This document shows, in pieces, positions 22,049 to 32,275 of a DNA stretch of 64,000 bases; positions within the stretch are counted from its first letter, which is position 1; each line of letters begins with the position of its first letter. Source of the DNA: an uncultured Pelagibacteraceae bacterium (GTDB lineage: Bacteria; Pseudomonadota; Alphaproteobacteria; Pelagibacterales; AG-422-B15); contig CACNCV010000001.1 of assembly GCA_902619105.1 (NCBI GenBank), positions 2,121-66,120 on the forward strand, written 5' to 3'. A model generated the notes under the pieces. That model worked only from the letters and a program-made list of their open reading frames with translations. It did not search any database and was not told the origin of the DNA. Both the position numbers and the translations under genes were made by a program.

Positions 22049-23035
22049 ATGAGTATATTTATAAATACACTTAAAAGACAAAAAACAAGCCCAACACCAG
22101 TTTGGCTAATGAGACAAGCAGGAAGGCATTTACCTGAATATATAAATATCAGAAAACAGTTTGTAAATCTTATGGATATGTTTCTTGATCCTTTGACAAT
22201 ATTTGAGGTTTCTCTACAGCCCGTAAACAGATACGGCATGGATGCCTGTATTGTGTTTTCAGATATTTTAATAACCCCTTTTGCTGCGGGTTCAAGCGTT
22301 AGTTTTATTGATGGACAGGGTCCCGTAATAAGGTTCAATGAGAACATGAATTATAACCTTGAAAAAACCCTACCCCTTGCAACAGGAATAAAAAAAATAA
22401 AAGAGAATACAGATGTCCCCTTAATAGGATTTGCCGGCGGAGCATGGACGACACTGTTTTATTGTTTATATGAAAAGAATGAACGTCAAAATCTAAAATT
22501 CGAAGATGTTGTAAAAAAAACTTCACGAATAGACAATTTAATCGAGCAAATGACACGTGCGATTATTCAACACGCAGAAATGCAAATTGATTGTGGGATT
22601 GACGCTTTTCAAATATTTGAATCAGCAGCAGAACACTTGAATGATGAACGGTTCAACAAATGGTGTATTCAACCTACAAAAAAAATTATTGATAGTATAA
22701 AAAAAATAAAAGACATTCCTATTATTGGCTTTCCTAGAAATACTAATCTTGCGTGTTATAAAAAATATTCAAATATAGATAAGCTTGACTGTATTACATT
22801 AGACTATAATTTTCCTCTAGATAAAATTAATGAGCTAAACGATAAAATTGTTTTTCAAGGAAACCTGGATCCTAAATACCTATTAAAAGACTCCCCAAAC
22901 CTTAGTCAGAAAATTGAAGAAATATTATTTGCTTTTAGAGAAAGACCACATATTTTCAATTTAGGACACGGGGTTTTACCCGAGACATCAATTGAGAAGG
23001 TTGAGCAAATGCTCTTACAGATAAGGTCAAAATGA
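22049..23035 (+). CDS. hemE: Uroporphyrinogen decarboxylase
   Basis: PVWLMRQAGR, FSDIL, LIGFAG, QGNLDP, IFNLGHG; start at ATG 22049. Confidence 0.96.
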   Translation: MSIFINTLKRQKTSPTPVWLMRQAGRHLPEYINIRKQFVNLMDMFLDPLTIFEVSLQPVNRYGMDACIVFSDILITPFAAGSSVSFIDGQGPVIRFNENMNYNLEKTLPLATGIKKIKENTDVPLIGFAGGAWTTLFYCLYEKNERQNLKFEDVVKKTSRIDNLIEQMTRAIIQHAEMQIDCGIDAFQIFESAAEHLNDERFNKWCIQPTKKIIDSIKKIKDIPIIGFPRNTNLACYKKYSNIDKLDCITLDYNFPLDKINELNDKIVFQGNLDPKYLLKDSPNLSQKIEEILFAFRERPHIFNLGHGVLPETSIEKVEQMLLQIRSK

Positions 23036-24051
23036 AAACAGCGGTCGTTTTATTTAACTTGGGCGGTCCAGATAAACAAGAAAGCATAAAACCTTTTTTG
23101 TTTAATCTCTTTAATGATCCCAATATATTTAGACTTCCAAATCCCCTAAGGTACTTATTGGCAAGGCTTATATCTTCTCGTCGTACCAAAGAGGCTACTG
23201 AAATTTATGCAGAAATAGGCGGTAAATCACCTATTCTTGAAATTACAAACTCCCAAGCAGAGGCCCTTCAGAAAATGTTAAAAAACAAAGGCATCGAGAA
23301 CAAAGTATTTGTTTGCATGAGATATTGGCACCCAATGACAGCCGAGGTTGTTTCAAAAGTCAAAGACTATAACCCGGACAAAATATTTTTGTTGCCCCTG
23401 TATCCACAGTACTCCACCACGACAACAAAATCATCTTTGGATGCTTGGTTTAAAGAAGCCCAAGATCAGAAATTAAATGCAAAAACAAAATATACCTGTT
23501 GTTACCCGTATGATACAAAGTTAATCAAAGCTCATCAAAAACTAATCCAGGATAAAATAAATCACGTAAAAGATAAGAAAGTAAGAGTTCTGTTTTCCGC
23601 CCACAGTTTACCTGTATCAATAATTAAAAAAGGAGACCCTTATCAGTGGCAAGTGGAGCAAACAGTTAAGGCGGTTATGCAGGGCATTCATGGCTATGAA
23701 GATCATGTCTTGGCTTATCAAAGTAAAGTTACCCCAGTTAAATGGCTTGAACCAACAACACCAAGTGAAATTGAAAATGCAATTAACGAAGATAGGGCGC
23801 TGGTTATAGTGCCAATTGCATTTGTCTCGGATCACTCAGAAACACTTGTTGAATTAGATATCGAGTACCAAGAACTCGCGAGTGAGTTGGGTTGTAAGCA
23901 CTATTATAGATCTGAATCTTTAAATATTGATCAATTATTTATAGAGAGCTTATCTGAAATAGTTAGTGAATCAGAAAAAATTGAGAGTGGTAATATAAGG
24001 CAAAAAATATGCCCAGCAACGTTTAAACAATGTGATCAAGAATTAAGATGA
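23032..24051 (+). CDS. hemH: Ferrochelatase
   Basis: NLGGP, MRYWHP, LYPQYS, FSAHSLP, DHSETLVELD. Confidence 0.98.
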   Translation: MKTAVVLFNLGGPDKQESIKPFLFNLFNDPNIFRLPNPLRYLLARLISSRRTKEATEIYAEIGGKSPILEITNSQAEALQKMLKNKGIENKVFVCMRYWHPMTAEVVSKVKDYNPDKIFLLPLYPQYSTTTTKSSLDAWFKEAQDQKLNAKTKYTCCYPYDTKLIKAHQKLIQDKINHVKDKKVRVLFSAHSLPVSIIKKGDPYQWQVEQTVKAVMQGIHGYEDHVLAYQSKVTPVKWLEPTTPSEIENAINEDRALVIVPIAFVSDHSETLVELDIEYQELASELGCKHYYRSESLNIDQLFIESLSEIVSESEKIESGNIRQKICPATFKQCDQELR

Positions 24052-24491
24052 ATTCAATTTTTTTATATAACTTATTTCTTAGTTTACACATCATCAGCGT
24101 GATAGCATGGATGGCGGGCTTATTATATTTGCCAAGATTATTCGTGTATCACTGTAGTAAAGATGTGGGGTCTGATTCATCAGAAACTTTTAAATTAATG
24201 GAACTACGTTTACTTAAAATTATTATGAATCCAGCAATGATATTCTCATGGTTGTTTGGTTTAGCGTTGATATCAAATTTAGGTGTTGATGCGCTGTCTC
24301 AATTATGGCTTCAATTAAAAATCATATTTGTGATCCTTATGTCTGGAGTTCATGGGTATTTCTCAAAACTAACAAGAGAGTTTCAAGAGGATAAAAGGCC
24401 AAAATCAGAGCGTTTTTTTAGAATTATCAATGAATTTCCAACAGTTTTGATGATAATTGTCGTATTTCTCGTTATTTTTAAACCAATATAA
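24048..24491 (+). CDS. hemJ: Protoporphyrinogen oxidase HemJ
   Basis: WMAGLLYLPRLFVYH, IMNPAM, FRIINEFPT. Confidence 0.96.
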   Translation: MNSIFLYNLFLSLHIISVIAWMAGLLYLPRLFVYHCSKDVGSDSSETFKLMELRLLKIIMNPAMIFSWLFGLALISNLGVDALSQLWLQLKIIFVILMSGVHGYFSKLTREFQEDKRPKSERFFRIINEFPTVLMIIVVFLVIFKPI

Positions 24492-24494
24492 AAC

Positions 24495-24523
24495 TTGCTA
24501 AATTTAACAATTACGGTTAGAAA
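24495..24523 (+). promoter_or_regulatory. Putative sigma70 promoter of rho
   Basis: TTGCTA-N17-TAGAAA; same -10 hexamer and spacing as upstream of tRNA-Gly. Confidence 0.5.
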
Positions 24524-24568
24524 GCACCTTCCAAACTATTTTCCACATTATCATCATCATTAAAACTA

Positions 24569-25834
24569 ATGGCTAAAAACTTAAAACTAAGGGACCTTAA
24601 GAAAAAAACTCCACAAGAACTTCTTGTTTATGCAGAGGAACTTGGCGTTGAAAATGCCAGTTCAATGCGTACACAAGATATGCTGTTTGAAATACTCAAA
24701 ACTCTTGCAAGTGACAGCAAAGATATTGACGGTGAAGGAGTCTTAGAAGTTTTACAGGATGGATTTGGTTTTTTAAGATCAATGGAGGCCAATTATCTTC
24801 CAGGTCCTGATGATATTTATGTAAGCCCAAGTCAAATTAAAAGATTTGGATTAAGATCAGGAGACACTGTTGAAGGTCCAATTAGAGCACCAAAGGACGG
24901 TGAACGTTATTTTGCATTATTGAAAATTGATACAATCAACTACGAAGCAACCGAAAAAAGTAGAAACAAAATTAATTTTGATAACCTGACACCTCTTTAT
25001 CCAGATGAGCAAATCAGATTAGAAACTGAAAAACCAGCAAGCGATCAAAGTTCAAGAGTAATTGACCTGGTGGCGCCAATTGGTAAAGGTCAAAGAGCAC
25101 TTATTGTCTCACCACCAAGAACTGGTAAAACAGTCTTACTTCAAAATATTGCACATTCAATTACTGATAATCATCCAGAATGTTATTTAATGGTTCTACT
25201 AATTGATGAGAGACCAGAGGAAGTTACTGACATGCAACGCTCTGTAAAAGGAGAGGTTGTCAGCTCAACATTTGATGAGCCTGCATCACGTCACGTGCAG
25301 GTTGCTGAAATGGTGATCAATAAAGCAAAAAGATTAGTAGAGCATAAAAAAGATGTCGTTATTCTTTTAGACTCCATTACAAGATTGGGTCGTGCTTACA
25401 ATACGGTTGTTCCAAGTTCAGGAAAAGTATTAACAGGTGGTGTTGATGCCAATGCACTTCAAAGACCAAAGAGATTCTTCGGTGCAGCTAGAAACATTGA
25501 AGATGGTGGCTCATTAACTATTATTTCAACTGCTCTGATAGATACAGGAAGTAGAATGGATGAGGTAATTTTTGAGGAATTTAAAGGTACTGGAAACTCA
25601 GAAATTATATTGGATAGAAAAGTTGCTGATAAAAGAATATATCCTGCAATTGATATTACTAAGTCTGGTACTCGAAAAGAAGAGATACTTCTCGATAAAG
25701 ACGAGCTTCAGAAAATGTATGTCCTCAGACGCATTCTCAACCCAATGGGAACAATGGACTCTATCGAGTTTTTATTAGGTAAACTTAAAGAAACGAAGGA
25801 TAACGCAGATTTCTTTCAATCAATGAATAAATAA
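24569..25834 (+). CDS. rho: Transcription termination factor Rho
   Basis: [34 protein letters not shown]. Confidence 0.99.
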   Translation: MAKNLKLRDLKKKTPQELLVYAEELGVENASSMRTQDMLFEILKTLASDSKDIDGEGVLEVLQDGFGFLRSMEANYLPGPDDIYVSPSQIKRFGLRSGDTVEGPIRAPKDGERYFALLKIDTINYEATEKSRNKINFDNLTPLYPDEQIRLETEKPASDQSSRVIDLVAPIGKGQRALIVSPPRTGKTVLLQNIAHSITDNHPECYLMVLLIDERPEEVTDMQRSVKGEVVSSTFDEPASRHVQVAEMVINKAKRLVEHKKDVVILLDSITRLGRAYNTVVPSSGKVLTGGVDANALQRPKRFFGAARNIEDGGSLTIISTALIDTGSRMDEVIFEEFKGTGNSEIILDRKVADKRIYPAIDITKSGTRKEEILLDKDELQKMYVLRRILNPMGTMDSIEFLLGKLKETKDNADFFQSMNK

Positions 25835-25873
25835 TATTAAAATTTAGTATTAAAAATTTAGTATTAAAAATTT
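25835..25873. repeat. About 3 tandem copies of a 13-14 bp unit TATTAAAA(A)TTTAG
   Basis: 25835-25847 TATTAAAATTTAG, 25848-25861 TATTAAAAATTTAG, 25862-25873 TATTAAAAATTT. Confidence 0.85.
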
Positions 25874-25901
25874 TTCAGTCCATAATTATTCTGCATAACG
25901 A

Positions 25902-26795
25902 ATGAGACGCGTCCTATTCATTATCACACTTTTTTGTTCATCCATTGCTTTTGGAAGCGAGGTTACAAATACACTTTTGAAAAAAGTGGCTAAAACGGCT
26001 GAGGAAAAAGCTGAATTAGCAGTGAATGATATTTTTAAAAATGTTGATGTTGACCTCTCAGGCTTTTACAAAGGTAAGCCGTCATACGGTATAAGTACCA
26101 TTCTTCCTTTATATGAAAAAAATAATATCAATAATTTCTTTCAAGGTCATTTATCGACGCAAGCGGATATAGAAATATTGAACCTTGGTTTTGTTCAAAG
26201 AAGAAGTCTATTAGAAAATAAACTGATTGTTGGTTATAATTTTTTCTATGATCTTGATTTAGATAATTCTCATGAAAGATTTGGTATTGGAGCAGATATG
26301 CTAACCAGTCTTGGAGATGTACATTTAAATTATTATGACGCAATAACTGACTATGTAGTTGTGAATGGCTTAAAGGAGTATACGCTAGATGGATATGATG
26401 CACAGATTGCATTTCCCCTTCCGTATTTACCCTACTCAAAAATTTATGCTGAAGTATTTTCATGGAATGGCATTAACAGTTCAAGAGATCTTGAAGGCGA
26501 AACATTTAGTATAAAAAATAAACTTCCTTTCGGAATGAGTTTAGAATTTGGAAAAACGAGTTTTGATCAATTGTCTCGTGACGAGGAGTTTGTGATTTTA
26601 AATATTAATCTTTTTGAATTTAAAAAAACTAAACAACCATTATCAAGTGAATTGAGAAAAATGTACTCAACCGTACCATATGAATTGTACAATTTTACTG
26701 ATGTGAGTGACCGTAAGTATGAAAAGGTCAGAAGAGAAAATAAAATAAAAAAACAAACAAACCGAACTGGAACAGTTAGAATTGTAGGATATTAA
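25902..26795 (+). CDS. Inverse autotransporter (intimin/invasin-type) beta-barrel protein, no passenger
   Basis: Signal peptide; NLGFVQR, GYNFFYD, HERFGIG, NYY, DGYD, LPYLP and KVRREN linker typical of IAT_beta; protein ends shortly after the linker. Confidence 0.85.
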   Translation: MRRVLFIITLFCSSIAFGSEVTNTLLKKVAKTAEEKAELAVNDIFKNVDVDLSGFYKGKPSYGISTILPLYEKNNINNFFQGHLSTQADIEILNLGFVQRRSLLENKLIVGYNFFYDLDLDNSHERFGIGADMLTSLGDVHLNYYDAITDYVVVNGLKEYTLDGYDAQIAFPLPYLPYSKIYAEVFSWNGINSSRDLEGETFSIKNKLPFGMSLEFGKTSFDQLSRDEEFVILNINLFEFKKTKQPLSSELRKMYSTVPYELYNFTDVSDRKYEKVRRENKIKKQTNRTGTVRIVGY

Positions 26796-26796
26796 A

Positions 26797-27732
26797 ATGC
26801 AGAAAAAATTATTTTTCATAATATCCTTGTTAATTTTTTCAGGAATGTTTAACGGCAACCTCTTCGCTATAAATGGATATGAAAACTGCCCTATGGTAGA
26901 TGGAAAAATTGATGTATCAGAACTTGTAAATATCGTTCCTTTTTCTGGCAATTCAAGGACCTGCGATGCGCCGGTCACAAATTACATTTTAAATTTCAAC
27001 AAACTTGCTGTGTGTACTTCCGATCCTAATGATTATATTTTAGGCAATTCAACAGCTGACCCGTGCTATTATCTCTGGAATACAGCTGAGGGGAATGAAG
27101 CCATTTCTGTTGGCATAGACAAACTAGGTAATGAATTTAGCTTTCCTGCCACTCTTCCACCATCAGGAACATATACTTCGGGTTATGCTGAAATTTCAGC
27201 CACAATTCCAATTTATGTGGAACTTGAATTTGACGAAGAATTGATGTTTGGTGGCAATAGCGCAGGAACAGGCTGGAGTATACCTTCTCCATCAAAATTT
27301 ATTGGTGGAGGTGATCGCAACATGTCTATGCAGGATGGTATTAATGGAAATTTGTTTGGTTTTACAGAGGCATTTTCAGAATCACAGCCGTCATTTAATG
27401 ATTATAGTTTTACATACAACTCTTTATCAACAACTGAATTTCTTAATACACGTATTAGTTACACTGCCCTATCTCATAACGGTAATTATCGTTCAGTTTT
27501 CTTACTTAATGACAGTGGTAGACTTGCAAGCACATATAGTGATGTCTCGTCATTAATTATTAAAGATGAATTTTCCACACCTATAACGATTACTGACCGA
27601 ACAAGCACAGTTACCTATAAATATTCAACTGATTATGCGGCAAGAATTACAGTTGTGCCTTCAGGATCGGGCGGATGGTTTGTTACATCGATTTTATTTG
27701 GTGATACGCAATTTAGGATGGAATTTGAATAA
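26797..27732 (+). CDS. Secreted beta-rich hypothetical protein
   Basis: Sec signal (MQKKLFF...LFA), four Cys, S/T/G/N-rich; starts 1 nt after barrel gene. Confidence 0.8.
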   Translation: MQKKLFFIISLLIFSGMFNGNLFAINGYENCPMVDGKIDVSELVNIVPFSGNSRTCDAPVTNYILNFNKLAVCTSDPNDYILGNSTADPCYYLWNTAEGNEAISVGIDKLGNEFSFPATLPPSGTYTSGYAEISATIPIYVELEFDEELMFGGNSAGTGWSIPSPSKFIGGGDRNMSMQDGINGNLFGFTEAFSESQPSFNDYSFTYNSLSTTEFLNTRISYTALSHNGNYRSVFLLNDSGRLASTYSDVSSLIIKDEFSTPITITDRTSTVTYKYSTDYAARITVVPSGSGGWFVTSILFGDTQFRMEFE

Positions 27733-28272
27733 TTATCCCTTAGCCTCTACAATTGAAGTAAGTTTATAATTCTTTCCTATTTTCTTTGACCCTCCAATAT
27801 TTTTTAGATCAATTATAAAATAAAACTCAATCGATTTAGCTTTACACTTCCTAACTAATTGTGCTGATGCGAGTGCAGTACCTCCTGTTGCAATCAGATC
27901 ATCAATTATCAGCACTCTATCTTGTTCATTGATAGAGTTTTTATGAATTTGTATTTCATCTATGCCGTACTCTAGTTTATATTTTTGTTTCAAAATTTTT
28001 CCAGGAAGTTTATCTTTTTTTCTGATGGGAACAAATGGGATCTCTGTTTTAAAAGAAACTGCAGAACCAAAAATAAATCCACGCGCTTCAACTGCAGCAA
28101 TTTTCGTAAACTTGTTTTTCTTAACATATTTGGAAATCTCAAGAACAACTTCTTTGAAAAGTTTCTTATTATCTGTAATAGATGTTATATCCTGAAACAG
28201 AATTCCCTTTTTTGGAAAATCAGGAATTACCCTAATTTTCTTCTTGAGTTTATTTTTTAGTTTTTTGTTCAA
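27733..28272 (-). CDS. apt: Adenine phosphoribosyltransferase
   Basis: PDFPKKGILFQDI, EARGF, LEYG, DDLIATGGT. Confidence 0.97.
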   Translation of the reverse strand: MNKKLKNKLKKKIRVIPDFPKKGILFQDITSITDNKKLFKEVVLEISKYVKKNKFTKIAAVEARGFIFGSAVSFKTEIPFVPIRKKDKLPGKILKQKYKLEYGIDEIQIHKNSINEQDRVLIIDDLIATGGTALASAQLVRKCKAKSIEFYFIIDLKNIGGSKKIGKNYKLTSIVEAKG

Positions 28273-28705
28273 TGTTCAGTAAATTTCTTTTGGTACTTAA
28301 CCCGCCCACTGATGTAAATCCAGTGAGTTTGCCATCACTGCCCACGACCCTATGACATGGAACTGTCATCATCAGATTGTTTCTTCCCAATGCGCCCCCA
28401 ACAGCTCGAGGCGAAGTTCTTAATTTCCTTGCAATGTCTCCATAAGTTGTTGTTCTACCATAAGGTATTCTTTGTAAATAATTCCAAACACGGTTTTGAA
28501 ATTTTGTGCCCATTTGTCTAGTTGGAAAATTAAGGGATCGTCTTTTGCGCGCAAGATACATTTTAATTTGAAGCGCAGATCTTTTTAGAAGCTTATTTTC
28601 TGTCTTGTTAGGCTTTTTCCTTGTTCTATGAACTGCAATTATTCTATTTTTGCTTGAGACAAGCTCAATATTGCCAATGATTGATTTGAAAACGTAGCTG
28701 CTCAT
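28250..28705 (-). CDS. ogt: O6-methylguanine-DNA methyltransferase
   Basis: GTKFQ..VW, IPYG, RAVG, PCHRV. Confidence 0.95.
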   Translation of the reverse strand: MSSYVFKSIIGNIELVSSKNRIIAVHRTRKKPNKTENKLLKRSALQIKMYLARKRRSLNFPTRQMGTKFQNRVWNYLQRIPYGRTTTYGDIARKLRTSPRAVGGALGRNNLMMTVPCHRVVGSDGKLTGFTSVGGLSTKRNLLNIEQKTKK

Positions 28706-28735
28706 ATATATAAGATATTATAATTTTTTGACCTT

Positions 28736-29056
28736 ATGACTAACAAATTTTTTGAAAGACACGTATTTTTTTGTACAAACCAAAGACCTGAAGGTCACCC
28801 AAAAGGTTGTTGTGCTTCTAAAAATTCAACAGTGCTTCGAGCCTATATGAAGAAAAAAACAAAAGAATTAGTCTCCGATAAGAAAATAAGAATAAATGCA
28901 TCAGGCTGTTTAGATCATTGTGAATTTGGTCCCACACTTGTTGTTTATCCAGATAATGTTTGGTACTCGTGTAAAACAGAAGGAGAGGTGGACCAAGTAA
29001 TCAATGAACATCTTATTAATGACCGTATCGCTGAAAACCTCCAAATAAAAAAATGA
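28736..29056 (+). CDS. Thioredoxin-like [2Fe-2S] ferredoxin
   Basis: HVFFCTNQR, CC, GCLDHCEFGP.LVVYP..WY. Confidence 0.9.
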   Translation: MTNKFFERHVFFCTNQRPEGHPKGCCASKNSTVLRAYMKKKTKELVSDKKIRINASGCLDHCEFGPTLVVYPDNVWYSCKTEGEVDQVINEHLINDRIAENLQIKK

Positions 29057-30348
29057 CAATTTTTGCACTATCGACTGCCAGTGGTGTTGCGGGGTTAGCG
29101 GTTGTAAGAGTCTCTGGACATCTAGCGCTCACAGCTCTTAAAACCATTTCTAGAAAGAGTCACTTCGATCCAAACGTCTTAACAAAATCAGAATTTTATG
29201 ATCCAGAAAGCGGTAACTTAATTGACAAAGGTCTTGCTGTGTTTTTCTCAAAACCAAAAAGTTTCACAGGTGAAGATGTTGTTGAGTTTCATGTTCATGG
29301 CGGCCATACAACTGTTCAGCTTTTACTTAAATCGCTTTCTAATATTGATCAGTTGAGACTTGCTCAACCCGGTGAATTTTCAAAAAGAGCATTTGTGAAT
29401 AACAAAATGGATCTTACAGCAATTGAAGCTATGGGTGATCTAATTAATGCGCAAACTGAAATCCAACATAATCAAGCACTGTCTCAGATGAATGGCTCAC
29501 TGAATAAATTATATTTGTCATGGAGAAAGTCTCTAATAGAGTTAGTAGCTTATCTTGAAGCGGATATAGATTTTGCAGATGAAGACATTCCTGAAAATGT
29601 TCTTAACAACATCAATTCGAAAATTGAAAAAGTTTTAGACGAAATGAATGAGCACTTAAAACAAAGTAATCAAGGAGAAATATTAAGAGACGGTTATAAA
29701 GTCGCCATCATTGGATCTCCAAATGTTGGCAAATCAAGTTTGATAAATTCACTTGCCAATCGTGATGTTGCAATTGTGTCTGATAGGGAGGGCACGACCA
29801 GAGACGCGATTGAAGTAAGGCTAAATATTGCTGGATTTCCAGTCATTTTAACAGACACTGCGGGTTTAAGAGACACTGAAGACGAGATCGAAAAAAAAGG
29901 AATTGAAATAACTCAAAGTAAAATAAAAGAAGCAAATTTAGTTTTGGAATTATTTGATGATCCAAATGATGTTGAGTTACATCAGGATCGACTTACAGTT
30001 CTAAATAAATGTGACTTGTATAATAATTATAAAAAAGAAGGCTGTATCAATATCTCAGTTTCAAATGGAAGTGGTATTGATAATTTAATCAATAAAATTG
30101 CTGAGCACGTATCAAGCAAATTCATAAGTTATACCGATACAATACCAACAAAGACTCGATACATTCTAGGTGTTCAAAATTCAATACAAAGTTTACTCAG
30201 TGCAAAAAGTATAGATTTAAAAGTTAATTCTGAACTTATGGTTGAAGAGTTAAGATTAGCCATTCAAGAAATCGGAAAAATAACTGGTCATGTTGATGTT
30301 GAAGAATATTTAGAAGTTATTTTTAAAGATTTTTGCATCGGTAAATAA
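29053..30348 (+). CDS. mnmE: tRNA modification GTPase MnmE
   Basis: SFTGED, GSPNVGKS, GTTRD, DTAG, NKCD, FCIGK C-terminus. Confidence 0.98.
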   Translation: MTIFALSTASGVAGLAVVRVSGHLALTALKTISRKSHFDPNVLTKSEFYDPESGNLIDKGLAVFFSKPKSFTGEDVVEFHVHGGHTTVQLLLKSLSNIDQLRLAQPGEFSKRAFVNNKMDLTAIEAMGDLINAQTEIQHNQALSQMNGSLNKLYLSWRKSLIELVAYLEADIDFADEDIPENVLNNINSKIEKVLDEMNEHLKQSNQGEILRDGYKVAIIGSPNVGKSSLINSLANRDVAIVSDREGTTRDAIEVRLNIAGFPVILTDTAGLRDTEDEIEKKGIEITQSKIKEANLVLELFDDPNDVELHQDRLTVLNKCDLYNNYKKEGCINISVSNGSGIDNLINKIAEHVSSKFISYTDTIPTKTRYILGVQNSIQSLLSAKSIDLKVNSELMVEELRLAIQEIGKITGHVDVEEYLEVIFKDFCIGK

Positions 30349-30396
30349 AAAAATAATTGATTGCAATTAGTCTAAGTTAATTTAATTAACTTAATC

Positions 30397-32265
30397 ATGA
30401 CTAGTTATGATGTTGTTGTAGTTGGAGGAGGGCATGCTGGCTGTGAAGCTGCGACTACTTCTGCACGTGTTGGTGCAAAAACCCTCTTAATCAGCCATAA
30501 ATTCTATACCATTGGTGAGATGTCCTGTAACCCTGCAATCGGTGGTCTTGGTAAGGGCCATTTAGTAAGGGAAATCGATGCCCTGGATGGAATAATGGGG
30601 CGTATAGCTGATTTATCAAGTATTCAATATAGATTACTCAATAGAACAAAAGGCCCTGCAGTAAGAGGACCAAGAGCTCAATCGGATAGAAAGCTCTATA
30701 AAAAACACATGCAGGAGGAGATTGAAAATACACAAAATTTAGAACTTTTGTTTGACCCTGTAGAAGATTTAATTTTTGATAATAATAAACAAATTGCTGG
30801 TGTGATTTGCGCAAGTGGTAAAAAAATATCTACCAAAAAAGTTATTATTACAACTGGTACATTTTTGAATGGTTTGATCCACTTAGGTGACAAAACTATT
30901 CCTGCTGGAAGACATGGCGATTCTCCCTCAATAGGACTTGCAGACTCACTCTATAAAACTGGCTTTAATATTGGACGTTTAAAAACCGGGACACCTGCGA
31001 GACTGGATAAAAATACAATAGACTTTTCTAAGCTTGAAAAACAGGAGGCTGACGATGAGCACTCTTACTTTTCGTTCTTAACCACAAAAACTCATAATGA
31101 ACAATTACCGTGCCACATGACGTATACAAATGATGCAGTTCACAATATAATTCAAAAAAATATAACAAAATCAGCTATTTACTCAGGTCAAATCAGCGGT
31201 ACAGGGCCAAGATATTGCCCTTCTGTAGAAGATAAAGTTGTGAAATTTGCAGATAAATTGAGGCATCAAATTTTCTTAGAACCAGAGGGACTTGATAGTG
31301 ATTTAATATATCCAAATGGCATCTCAACTTCACTCCCGCCAGATGTACAGGACGAATTCATAAGTAAAATCAATGGTTTAGAGAATGCTAAAATAGTAAG
31401 GCACGGTTATGCAATTGAATATGATTTTATTGATCCACAAGAACTTTACCAAACATTGGAAACAAAAAGAACAAAAGGTCTTTATCTTGCTGGGCAAATA
31501 AATGGCACAACAGGTTATGAGGAAGCTGCTGCGCAAGGGCTTGTAGCAGGTTTGAATGCTGCAATCTCCCTAAGTAATAAAGAACATGTTTTTTCAAGAA
31601 ACGACTCATACATTGGTGTAATGATTGACGACTTAACTCTAAAAGGGGTTACTGAGCCCTACAGAATGTTTACTTCTAGGGCAGAATATAGATTGTTATT
31701 AAGAGCAGATAATGCAGATTTAAGATTAACAGAGGTTGGGTACAATTTAGGGTTAGTTGAAGCTGGCAGATATGAAAAGTATTCAGCTAAAAAAATTGAA
31801 CTAGAAAAAGTCAATAAAATTGTTAAAAATCAATATGTTACGCCTAATGCACTTTCAAAGATTGGAGTTAAAATTAATCAAGATGGCAAAAAAAGATCAG
31901 CTTTTGACTTATTAGCTTATCCTAATATCGATATTGATAAAATAGATGAGATCTTTGACTTAAATCTAAAGCAATATAGCACTGAAATTCTTGACCAAAT
32001 AACAACAGAGGCTCATTACAAAGGCTATCTTAAGAAGCAAGAAAGTGAGATCATTTCACTTACTAAAGAGGAAAAAGTTGAAATCCCCACTAATCTGAAT
32101 TACGAATTAATTCCCAGTTTATCAACAGAAATCGTTGAAAAATTGACAAAAATTAAGCCTAAAAACTTATCTCAAGCATCAAGAATTGATGGAGTTACGC
32201 CTGCAGCTCTCAGTGTTATTTTATCATATATAAAAACCAAAGCTAAACCACAAAAATTAGCTTAA
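30397..32265 (+). CDS. mnmG: tRNA U34 modification enzyme MnmG (GidA)
   Basis: [48 protein letters not shown]. Confidence 0.99.
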   Translation: MTSYDVVVVGGGHAGCEAATTSARVGAKTLLISHKFYTIGEMSCNPAIGGLGKGHLVREIDALDGIMGRIADLSSIQYRLLNRTKGPAVRGPRAQSDRKLYKKHMQEEIENTQNLELLFDPVEDLIFDNNKQIAGVICASGKKISTKKVIITTGTFLNGLIHLGDKTIPAGRHGDSPSIGLADSLYKTGFNIGRLKTGTPARLDKNTIDFSKLEKQEADDEHSYFSFLTTKTHNEQLPCHMTYTNDAVHNIIQKNITKSAIYSGQISGTGPRYCPSVEDKVVKFADKLRHQIFLEPEGLDSDLIYPNGISTSLPPDVQDEFISKINGLENAKIVRHGYAIEYDFIDPQELYQTLETKRTKGLYLAGQINGTTGYEEAAAQGLVAGLNAAISLSNKEHVFSRNDSYIGVMIDDLTLKGVTEPYRMFTSRAEYRLLLRADNADLRLTEVGYNLGLVEAGRYEKYSAKKIELEKVNKIVKNQYVTPNALSKIGVKINQDGKKRSAFDLLAYPNIDIDKIDEIFDLNLKQYSTEILDQITTEAHYKGYLKKQESEIISLTKEEKVEIPTNLNYELIPSLSTEIVEKLTKIKPKNLSQASRIDGVTPAALSVILSYIKTKAKPQKLA

Positions 32266-32275
32266 TATCAAAATA

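Noticed and set aside
25835-25873. CRISPR-like array
   Set aside because: Repeats are contiguous with no spacers; no cas genes or array seen in the window
26780-26870. Frameshifted single inverse autotransporter (pseudogene) explanation for the barrel and partner
   Set aside because: The second ORF has its own ATG and complete signal peptide, which a cis passenger would not have
30371-30394. CtrA box (TTAA-N7-TTAA) reading of the TTAA-rich palindromes
   Set aside because: TTAA offsets here and at 42128-42146 never equal the required 11 bp
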